This document shows positions 11,501 through 22,381 of a stretch of DNA of 64,000 nt, piece after piece (the stretch's first letter is position 1; every line of letters starts with the position of its first letter). Under the pieces are notes generated by a model that was not told the origin of the DNA, did not search any database, and worked only from the letters and a program-made list of their open reading frames with translations. A program made the translations under genes and the position numbers. This stretch comes from Klebsormidium nitens (taxonomy: Eukaryota; Plantae; Klebsormidiophyceae). The stretch covers positions 62,001 to 126,000 of the forward strand of contig DF237179.1 in the NCBI GenBank assembly GCA_000708835.1, read 5' to 3'.

Positions 11501-14500
11501 AATCAGAAGATTGACGTCGGACAGATAACCTACACCTCTCGTCTCATCCAGGTTGGTGGAGGCAAGCTGTCGACCCGGTTCCCTCTTCTCAAGTCCCTCA
11601 TCGCCCACCAAAAGTGCGACGCCATACTCCTTGGCTCCGCTCTTTCAGCTCCGTTCCTTCGGGCCCTGGGCTGGAGGACGGGCGGAACCCCAACGGAAGC
11701 GGGCTCAACGGAAAGGGCGACGGAGCTGCTCGAGTTGGCAGAGAAAGAAGGGGTGGAGCTTGTTTTTCCCGACGACGTGGTTTGCGGCGAGGCGCAGGTG
11801 CATAGCGCCAAAGTGAAAATATGCACTGCGCGGCACGTTCTGCACGGTGAGGGCTATGCGTTGTTTGCGCATCTCTCGTGCTTGTTGTGCAATTCCTGTT
11901 TTGTCCTTTCCTCTTTAATTTCGTGCACCTTTCTTCTGAATCATCCCGAATAGCTGGTGCTGAGTGAGCGATCGGTGGCACAGTATAAAAGCGGGGTCTG
12001 CTTGTCCGTCCATTACAGCGTTTGTATTCCCGTGAAAGACGAACGTTTGGTATCGTGCTGTCTTGGCCGTAAATGATCAGCAGGGCCTTTGAACAAAGCA
12101 AGATGGCATAGTGTTGATGTGGAGAGAACTCGCCCATTAGTTGCATATTTCGCAACAGGCGCTCACGCCGCTACTTTCTCTCTCGATCAAGCGTATCGGA
12201 AGCTGAGCTTTGGTGTCGAAGCTGGAACGGCGACCTCGAGCTGAACAAATGCAGCAACGCGTCGCCCTCTCAGCTCCCACTGTCGCGAAACCGTTCTCGT
12301 GCTCCCCACTTGACGGAGATTTTTGTTTTGCCAGCGCAGAGTGGTCAGCTATGGACATCGGCCCTCAGACGATCGACCATTATGCGCGACGTCTACGAAA
12401 AGCGAAAGTAAGCGCTGATCAAGTGAAAGCTCAATGTTATTCTCGAGAATCTGGTCGTAGTACCTGCAATCTGCTCAATGATTTTCCTCGTCCTGCGGAT
12501 CCCTGCTTCTCTGGAGCCTTGAGGGCCCTTTGCACTCGCGTCTTCAAGGTATAACTCCGCAAATTCGGGCTCGTAGAGTTACCACACTCGAAGATTCCCC
12601 GCTGCTTACCTCTAAGGTTTCTTCTGGTTCAGAAAGTTCTCTTTCTTAGGGCTTCAGGGTTCTCTGCGAAGGATTTATCGTGCTGCTCTCCCGCTTTTCT
12701 TTCGGCGTCGCTGTCTTATTGTCGCTCGTGTTCAACCGTACCCCTCATTCCGTTCCTAGTCATTCCGCTCTGCTTTCTCCAGACCGTCTTGTGGGTGGGC
12801 GCCGTCGGCTTCTCCGACCGGAAGTCGTTCGCCAACGGAACGCTGTCGCTGGCAGAAATCGTCTCGGACCTAACTTGGGCGGGGACATGCACCAGCATCG
12901 TGCACGGAAAAGACGTCGAAAAGGCGCTCAAGTCTGTGCGCGGGAAAGTCTCGCACGTGGCCCTGGGGGGGTCTGCTACGGTGACTCTACTGACGGGGGG
13001 AGCGCTTCCTGGATTAGCAGCACTGGACGAGGTGAGGTGCCGGCTGCTTTTGAAAGTCTCAACCTGGAGCATTGTGTTCGAAGCGTTTCTGTAGAGGCCG
13101 AGCTTTTCTAACCTGTCAAATGCTTCACGGTTCCTTCTCTTTGCCTTGCGCAACCAGTGGCATCCGCACAAGGGCACGGCGGAGGACACTGTCGGCACTG
13201 GCAAGGGAGGACACACTCCGCCGACGCAGAGAGAATGAAGCTGTTTTACTCGCCTCAGGCAGTGCTGTCGATTCCGCGCGACTCAACTACTCCCAACTGA
13301 AGCGGTCTGACTTCGGCAACAATCTAAGCTGGCCGCGTTTCTAAAGCCAACTTTCGGTAACATTCCGAGCTGGCCGCATTTTAAAAGCCAACTTCTGGTG
13401 CCTCAGTGGGTCTCATTTAGTTTCACATATTTCGTGGAATAGGATAAGAGTGACGTCATTTTGAGGGACGCGCTCGACGCCTGACGTCAGACTTGTCATG
13501 CAGGAGCCCACGGGCCCACCAGACTGGACAAGCGTCTTCAGGGATCCGACGGCCTCGTTGACCGTCGACGTTGGCTGTGGTAAGACAACACTTTTGAGGC
13601 TCGGCCTTATGCTTCTTGACCCCAGAGGCGTCTCCTTTCTGTTCAGTGCAGTGCGATTTTCCCGCAATGATGCTGACCCGCGATGAGCATCGTTAAACCT
13701 TGAAGGCTCATTCCAGGGTTCTTACGAGATTCGTCTTAACCTTCAGCACTCTTGAAAGAGCGGCTTCTGGACGTCTCAGAACAGCGGTTGTTTCGTGAGA
13801 TTACCCGTCAAGGCTGTAACCCTATCAAGGTCTTCATTTCCATACGAGGACCCAAGAATGTCGACCTTCTTTCCCCAACCAGCTGTTCGGTAGGAATGAG
13901 TAAGGTTGACTCCGTGCTCTAAACGACTATCTGCCATCGTGCTTGGCTTTCCCTCGAGTTCCCAATGTTTCTTTCCACGGCTCTCCCAAGTCAATTCTCC
14001 TGTTTACTTCTTGTATCGCGTTGGTTCTTCAGGAGACGGCGGCTTCTTGCTGGAGCTGTCCGGCAAAGGGTCCGGAAACTTTCTCGGACTGGACCTCTTC
14101 GGACACCTGGTGGACGCCGCAAACGCGCGTGCGCAACGTGAGGGCCGGCAGAACCTGTAAGCGCTCAGTTCCTCCAAGCAAGTACATTCTAAACCAAGAA
14201 GGGACTTGTCCGGCATAGACTTTGTACAATTCCTTGGAGTTTCCCTCTTTGAACACCTGGCAGACGCCGCAAATGGGCGCGCGCAACGTGGGGGCGGCAG
14301 AATTCGTGAGCACCAGAACCCCTTCAATCGAATGAATCTAAAACCAGAAAAGGAGGTGTCGTTAGAGAGTTCGGACCTCTTTGGACACCTGGTAAACGCT
14401 ACGAGTGCGCGCAACGTGAGGGCCGGCAGAACCTGTGAGCACTCGCCCTTGCAACTGTCCTTTCGAGGTAAAGCGGGTGGTAGGGGTGGATCGGGTGCCT

Positions 14501-15526
14501 TGCTTCAGACTCAGACACGTCAGAAAAACACTTCGGAGAGCCGCAGGAATGTTTGATTGATTAGAGGGGAGTCTGTCAATAAGACCCGCTGTGGCGAATC
14601 TGGAGTTCCAGTGTATTCTGTCATTGTGGTTTTGTTTTATATAGATCGTCAGAGAAATGCACGCATGATATGCTTCGCACTTAAATAAAGTTAGTGTAGC
14701 ATTCTTTGGTCCCCTTGGCATCAATCTATCTTTTGGGACCTCAGCCTTCTCGACTCTTATGGACATCTGTGCGCTCAACGTGCTTCGCTTCTTCCGTCCG
14801 GCCCAGTTCACACCCGCACAGCACAACGAGAACGCGCTCATGACCAGCACACGACTCTCAATCGTGACGTCACCGCGGGCCGATACCAACTGTCGTTGCT
14901 GACGTCATCACAGGTACTACGTGGCAGCCAACGCGACGACATCCCTGGGACCCATGCTGAGCACGTATCCCGGCGCCTTACAGCTGGTGACGATCCAATG
15001 TCCCACGCCCCAGTTCGAGGCACGTGGCCTCGGACGATTGGTTCTGCGGCAGCCCCTGGTGGAGGCGATTACTGAAAAATTGGTTACGGGGGGACGGGTG
15101 AGTCCTCTTGTCACGTGCAATGGTTGTCTTACCCGCTTCTTTATCGTGTCCATAACGACTCTGAATGTCTTAACATAAAGAAAGTTTCCTCGATCTGCAG
15201 TCCTCTTCTCATGCGCAAGCTTTAACGATCTGGTTTCAGCGGGTATGAGCACCCAATGTGCAACAATAGTATAATGTGTCCAATCATCCTTGTTGCAGTT
15301 ATTCGTCCAGTCCGACGTCAACGACGTTGCAAGCAGCATGCTAGAAGAGATCCAGAAGCACGGCAGGGGACGCCTTGTTAATGATGAGGGTTTTCAGGGG
15401 CCTGGAAGCAGTCCGTTGACTCTATCCTCGTGGAAGATCAACCCGTTCGGTATACCCACTCAATGGGAGACGCACGCCTTGTCCAAAGGACGCGACATGT
15501 TTCGTCTAATGTATCGGAAACATTGA
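8560..15526 (+). CDS. Phosphoglycerate kinase-like + tRNA m7G46 methyltransferase (TrmB/Methyltransf_4)-like fusion, about 719 aa, possible organelle transit peptide
   Basis: Exons 8560-8820, 9222-9549, 10086-10216, 10887-11102, 11552-11846, 12340-12407, 12783-13031, 13504-13579, 14033-14156, 14914-15097, 15299-15526; phases consistent, 2160 nt. PGK motifs: VMVRCDWNV, DDTRMKASVPTLQYL, LVLENVRFYKEE, DVFVNDA, MDIGPQT, LPGLAALDE. TrmB motifs: DWTSVFRDP..LTVDVGCGDGGFLL, NFLGLDL, YVAANAT, LFVQSDV, NPFGIPTQWE. The first exon is less certain. Confidence 0.88.
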
Positions 15527-16306
15527 CATTGACGTTGACTGTATGAAGGGATGTTTTTGCTCTCACTTCTCGATAACGAGACTCGTCAGGTGCTCCTTAA
15601 GTACAGACGGTCCTTCCAACAGTTGCTCATCTGCTAACTGAATTGACTTTGATCGAAGTTATTCCTGCCATGTCAAAGAAGACTCGGATGATGCCGCTTC
15701 AATCCCTTGCAGCCCAGGGGGTAGTCACGATATAGTCCGCCCATAAGCCTCTACAACAATAGCATGATACGATGTTCACTCGCACTCAAGTTACAACTCG
15801 CATTGTAATTGGAATCCACCATCATTGGTGATTTCAGTCAAGACTCCCAACCGCCCGCGCCCGGCAGACGCGCGGCCGCGGTGCGTGCCCGGTCCATTAC
15901 GGAGGACGCGCACCGCGAGCTACAGACATCCGCGCGACATGTATATACTATATCCAACTGCCCATCATGGCATCAAAGAAGGGGAAGCGAACACCTCAAT
16001 TCAAGATACGTGATGAGAAGAAGTCGAAATTGAACGGATCCTGCAAAGCACACGAGCTGCGTTGCTCAATACGACGGACTGTTATGCTCCCATATGAGTC
16101 CGATCAATTCTTGAGATGCATGAGGTACTCAATAAACGTGCCACTATATGAACGTACTTTGCAGGCCAGAACTCATATGCATGATCGATATAGGTCCGTC
16201 GCTCGATGGTTACACCGTCTTCACCAACCTATAGCCGGTACATTCGTACACCACTGAGTCGAAATTGCTCTGCACAAGAACCTCGTAGCCAGTTTGGGAT
16301 AGGAGT

Positions 16307-19300
16307 CTAAGTCACCACCGGATAGGAGCACTTGGCTAGATCGAAGATGCGCTTGAGCAAATGACCGGGCAGACTCGGAAGCGCGTTCGCGCTGAGGCAA
16401 CCGAGAATCAGTAACTGCCTCTCCTCGACAGCCGCTCGCACAGCCGCGTCATAGTCCGTCAGCGCGCCGTCAACGGCCCCCACATCGAACGGCTGGCATT
16501 TAGTCTTCCGATCGTGCTCCGCCCTCATGCCCGCTTCCACCACCTCTCTGGGCACCCGGAAATCATCCGATGAATCGTAGTTCTCTTTCAAGTTGCACCG
16601 TGTTTCGAAGTCGGCCCCGTGCAAGACCAGCAGGCGGACGTTCTCAAACCGACGCCGATACGCCGCCACGTGTAATGGCGTCATCTCTTGGGTACGCTGG
16701 AAAACCTCCCGCTTCCGCCCGTCCCAGGTGGGTTGTCTTTTCACGTGCACGCTCGCGCCGTGCTTCAACAGGAGCGCCAGAATCGCCGGGTCGTCGTGCG
16801 TCGCGGCTAGCATGATGGGCCAGGACGAATCGACGGGATACCGTTCGTAATCCCCCGAGAACTCGTGACAATTCGGATCCGCCCCAATTTTAAGCAGCCA
16901 CGCAGTCAAGAGGCGGTTCTCGTTGCAGACGGCGACCGTGAGGGGGGTGCTTTCTGTTTGTTCGCCGCGCCCTTCTATGAATCTGTTGAGATGGTCTGGC
17001 GTGGTCCCAGCTGTCTCGAGACGTTCCAAAATCCGGAGCGTCGCTGGGTGGGAAGGGTCGAGGTAGGGCAGGAAATGGAACACGCTTGCACTGTCGAAAG
17101 GTTCGTTGTACCAGCAGGGCTGCAGTTTGAGGCATAGAGACGTCAGAGTTCTTCGCCCAAAGGCGTTTCCGTTGATGCGCTGAGAGAACATGAGATTTCT
17201 GAAGCGAACAGGCAAGCCGCAAAAGAGCATTTAAAGGTCTTCATAACGCTCAATTAGAAGCGCATTCCCATTGATGTGCTGAGAGAACAGAACGAGCTTT
17301 CCAAACCGAAAAGGCAAAACGCAATAGAGCATTGAAAGAGCTCAATGGAAGCCTTATTTAATGGTGATCTTGGGCTCAGGAGCGTTATGTTTGATGCGCC
17401 GACGTTACCAATTGTGCTTTCCAAACCACAAATGCAAGACGAAATATGGAGCAATTGAAATAGCACCATGAAAGCTTCGCTTGATGGTAATAGAGGACTC
17501 ACTGGGGAGCAATCATGATCAAAGACGATGCTCAGAGAACCGGGCGAGCTACTGAATGTGCCGAATACTGGAGTCTAGATGTCTCTACTCACCGTCCCCC
17601 CCCTTCAAACTTTTAACCCCGTCTGTCGCCAGCTCAAAGCACTGTTTTCAGTCGCACCCCGCTCTTCGAGAAACAGCACAGCATTGCTTTCTGAAAGGCA
17701 TCAATATTTGGCAGGGAAGGTCGTTGTTTGGGGCCCAGACGAACCTGCTTGGAGTACTGCGCCTCCAGCTGCCACGTGTCCCCCTGCAATTGGCCTCCGA
17801 GCCAGTCCAGCATGTCGTACGACTGGCACCAGGCTGCCAGCATGAGCGGCGTCCGGCCGAAGTTATCCTTCATCGTCAGCTGCGCGCGCGCGAGCGTTTT
17901 TGCGAGCGCCACGTCATCGCTGGCAGCGGCTCCTAGCATGTTCGGGACCTCGCCCTTGCTGGCGTCTTGCTTCACAACGGACCCGTTAGAGCTAAGAGCC
18001 TCCCCGTGTCCTCCTCGTCTTCGCCTGCGAGAAGGCGTGCATTGAAGTGAGAAAATTGATGCTCGAAATACATGCTCAGAAGAGCAGTTCAACCAAGGAA
18101 AGTGCTCGGGGGGAACCACTGGTTAACACCCGCTCGCACCGCTTTGCAACGGACCCTTTTCAAGAATTACGAACCTCCTCGTGTCTTCCTCGTTCTCGCT
18201 TGCGAGAAGGCGTGCATGGATGCGGAGTTGGGGTCAGAAGAACGGAGCGGATTGCGCAGCTCTAGTTGGGCACAAGACATACTTCTCGAAGTATGTGTCT
18301 AAAAGAGCAGTTCAACTAAAACCAGGGCTCGGTTGCACGAAAAATCTCAAAAACAAACCAATGGTTGACAATCGCTCCGTACCCGCACCCTAACTCCAAA
18401 ACTGGAAAGCATCCTCCGGGAGCTTTACCTGAGTCAACATCAAAACAAGACTTACGTACGAGGCCTAATTGCGCCCAATTTGCTTCATAGAACAAGAGCT
18501 CTGAAATCATTAACACGCGCTTGTCGATGTGGTATGGAATCACAACGAGCACAAAGATCAGAGATGATTGGATGAAGTTGCTGGAAAAACCTGCTTCCAA
18601 TAAGAAGCATGCCTGCTCGGTCCTCACCTTGATACCACACCTCCGCTTCCAGTCTCAATCCCCAACGCTTCAAGATGTTTTCAGCAATCCAGTTGATCCA
18701 AAACGCGTAGTCCCGGAATTCCTCGTTCCGGTCCCACTCGATTCCGGCGGCGTCCACGCTAGGCACCCACTGGCAATTCGACACGTGGCGGAACGGCTCG
18801 GCCATGTCCCAGTTGTCGTGTGCCATTCCGGCGGTGCTTTTCCATGGGTAAATAACGTTGAGCTTCCGTGTTCGCACGAAAGTTTCCTGCAGGGAAGAGA
18901 GACGACAGTGAGCAATCCCTTGCTGAAATTCTAGGCGCCAATCCGGTGGAAGAAGTTTGTTACAAATTACTGTGGCGTCGCTCTGCCTCCTGAATAGTTG
19001 GAGGCTCAGGTTTTGCTGACCTGAGTGGGACTCAAACCTCTGCTAAACAAAATTACGACTCTCTGAAAAGCTAGTGTCCCTATCAACGTCAGCGCAGAAA
19101 CATTTCCAGATTTTCAGGTTTTAGCATGGTTTAAGACATCTTTTCTAATTTGGAGCAAAAGAAGCCTTGTGATGATGATGTGATACCAGAACATAATCAA
19201 GGCATCAGCTCTTCCATTTTTGTTACGTTCTTGCCGGAAAGAAGAATTGTCCTTCTCGGAAGTAAGCTTCCCAGAAAAGCAATCATCGACGCTGCTTTGC

Positions 19301-19671
19301 AAGCTCAAAAGCGTCCCGATGACAGCAGATACATAACAAGAAAAGGCGAGCGCACTGTGATATTTCTGAATCAGCAACTTGTTTCACTGAAACTTGAGAA
19401 GTGCGCGTTAAAGGCTGTTTGCAATTTGGTTCACCTGAAGCTCGGTAGGCAAAGCAAGAAACTCCGCTGAGCTGACAAAGAACGCCCCTTCAGGACCGAG
19501 GGGAAGGCCAACACGGTCCCGAACTGGATCTGTGCATCTTTCCACGCGCATTCCTGTGCGTTTGTACCGACGGACTTTCCAAAACAGCAGCATGGACAGA
19601 TACTGATCCTTGTTGAGCTGTCGACCCTCAGCAAATCTGAAAGTTCCCTGAAGATACGTGTTGTAGCCCAT
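16307..19671 (-). CDS. Unknown prokaryote/phage-type domain followed by ankyrin repeats; 4-exon model with a 1-nt frame discrepancy near 17990
   Basis: Exons 19671-19435 (MGYNTYLQGTF...DPVRDRVGLPLGPEGAFFV), 18886-18628 (CQWVPSVDAAGIEWDRNEEFRDYAFWINWIAENILKRWGLRLEAEVWYQG), 18024-17745 and 17119-16307. Ankyrin motifs GRTPLMLAA, STPLTVAV...GADPN, WPIMLAA..LLLKHGA and TPLHVAA...LVLHGAD. As assembled, the exon-2 frame stops at TGA 17974-17972, and the ankyrin frame is shifted by one base. Confidence 0.72.
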
Positions 19672-22381
19672 GGTGTCTCAGGCTGTGCAGCGACTTCCAC
19701 CCCTAGGGACGCAAGCTTCCTGCATTCAAATGACGAGTGATCTGCAAAGCTTCTGTCCAATTCACGCCTGATGCCTGCAAGCGCCAAAGCGCCGCGCTGC
19801 GCGCGGCCGCACTACGCGGCGCGGGTTTTGGCACCGCCATGACCCGCGGCGCGGCCGCGGCGCCGGCCGGCCGCCGAACTCAGTGCGGTGGCGGCCGGCC
19901 GGCGCAGTGCGGCAATTTACGCCCGCAGAGTTTATCACGGCCGTTCAAGAGACGGGAGATTCGGCACGAGCCTTACTGGTTGACCATTACGATGACGATC
20001 TGTGTAATCAATTCAACCTTTCACTCCAGAGAGCACTAAACTACGCATGGTAGACTCTGGCATCACGCAAATTGGCGGCCGATCCAATGCATTGAATATT
20101 GAGGCGAACCGTGCACGCTAGGTACTAACTAAGCTTGAATAGATGCCACGCAGCACATAACGGTAGGGCTGGCCAGATATGAATTGAATTGATACATTTG
20201 TCGAGAGTGAGTGCTCTCCCGCTAACAGCTTTGGCTATACGAGAACCGTCAACTAATGCGACCATCGTCAATCGTGGTCTTGGTGATCCATCCCGGCTTC
20301 CGTAACCCAAGTCAAGAAGTTCCGGTGGTTCCGCTCATGTTCCGCTGTCGTTCCGTTTGACCGGGAAAAGCTTTCTTCCCCAGGCCCTAGCCTGCTTCGA
20401 CCTTTGCTGATTCCCCGACTGATTTGAGCGACGAAGGAATTCAAAAAATTGCATTTGTTATTTTTGCCAAATGCAGTGCACTTGGATGTGAGGCCAGCAA
20501 TGAGTAGTCAGGAGTCAGGAGTCAGGAGCTCCCAGCCCCGCCCCCGTAGCGCCCACACGAAAATGGCACGCCCAAGCAGATTGAAGGTACTCAAAGAGTC
20601 GGGCTTCATTAGAAACGGTCAAGACTATTATACGCCAACGACACTAAGAAGTGTACTCTGAACACTACCCACGCTGCCCTGACAGGTCGCGTGCTGCTCA
20701 TCGGCCTGCCAAGCTACCATTGACGAGTTGACTGAATATGAGATGGGAGGATTGTATCGGAGAAACAATGTCTACATCATCTCGACTTCTAATAGTTCTC
20801 CTTCGAGATTTGAAGTGAAACAAAAATCTTACTATTACACTCTTGTTATCTTGATCTATCGAGAATGATCAGGCGTTTCTATTCATTTCCCAGACGCGCT
20901 GATCCAAAAATTGGTCCAGCGCCGCCGCCTTCCTGAGGCGATTCAGAGCAATCCTTGGACTCAGGACCGACTTGATTTGACTAAACGTTCGCGGGACCGT
21001 CGGATCGAGAAAGGGTTTGGCTCTTGGGTTTTCTTAGAAGGTTTCCAGAAGGAAGTTGATTGCTCAAAGAGAATGCTATGTATGGCGCTATTCTTTGAAG
21101 TGCGGCGCTTGCCGCACGTCAAACATGTGACCCGGTGTGTAACATTGGAGGCGCTTAGACGCTTACGGTCGACCCACGGATTTGAACTTTGACAGGTGAT
21201 TTGTCATACTCGTCCTCTTACGTTCAGAACTTACGTTCAGAACTTACAAAAAACCCTTGGTTCTTCGGTTTCAATACTGCCATTTATTTCTTGTATTTCT
21301 TGGGTCAGCAAAAAGCCTGGCAGAGTCAAAGGTACTGCAGGGAGAACCAAACTTCCACTCTTGAGTCACTCTCAAGGTGACTAGGATTCTGAAGCCGCAG
21401 GATCCTTAGTTTATTAATTTTTGTTCACGGGAAAACCAACCCGGCAAACCCAAATTTTGAGCTCTTTCCCGGTCCGTGATGTACGTTAACCCAGCTCATG
21501 ATTCCTTTGCCAGCCAGAACTGAGCAATGCTTGAAAGACTGGCTTGCCCGACTTGATCTGACGGTCCGGCACACCCGGGCGCTTAACGTCTTGAACTGTG
21601 CGCGCAACATAGCTGCGCGGCCGCGCTCGGCTGTGCCGCGGACTTAGGGCGCGGCGGCGCGGGGTTTCGGGTTTTTCGAAAGGGGAGAATTCACACTTCA
21701 GATATCCAGCTAGGACGGATCCTCACAAAGCAAGCAGCATGCCTGGATTGCAACTGCGGCGCTGGCAACCCATTCTGGACCAGGCGGGGAGCTTCGAGGG
21801 AGTTTTGGAGGTGTCCTGATTGATGGTGTCGCTGCTCGCGGAGGTAAGGGTCTTCTTTATGATGACTTGGCTCATTTACGAGTCTGGTAGATTATCCTCT
21901 ACAAGCTTCCTGCAAGTTCTTGGTTTAATTTTCAAAGTGCTGCCAATTTCCCTCTCTTGCTAAAAGCATGGGGTGCGTGGGAGTGTTTAGAAAAAAGAGA
22001 TTGTAATTCAACAGTCAAAACTTGACGCGGAGCAGCATTGCCTTTTTACCTTCATATGGACACAAATTTTTCATTTACTTGATTATTTGAGATTAGAGGG
22101 TTCTAAGTAGTACTTCGGAAAGATAAACCTGGTTGTTGTGTAATGCTGCTATAGATCGAACGTGCACGCGGCGCCATCGATAAGTTAATGTACCACCAAG
22201 TGCTTAATGAGTTGACGCTGGCTTTCCACACCTTCCAGTAGCTTCCTGTTGACCACCTTATGATTGAAAGTTGAAAAAAGTTGAAAGGGTCTTTTGACAT
22301 GCCCTTGAGTGTCCTCTGTTGGTCTGCAGCTTTGACCACCACTATAGAAGGCAGACGCGCTTTCGTGGACGGAGGTCCAGA

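Noticed and set aside
15967-16257. Lys-rich ORF MASKKGKR... downstream of a GC island
   Set aside because: No splice partner or homology; the second half looks non-coding. Not supportable as a gene.
20359-21476. GACCGGGAAAAGCT / AGCTCTTTCCCGGTC as TIRs of a transposon
   Set aside because: Only about 14 bp, imperfect, not extendable, and no TSD.
21739-21844. Coding first exon for the PPR gene
   Set aside because: No open ATG frame splices in phase to the acceptor near 22329; treated as a 5' UTR exon.
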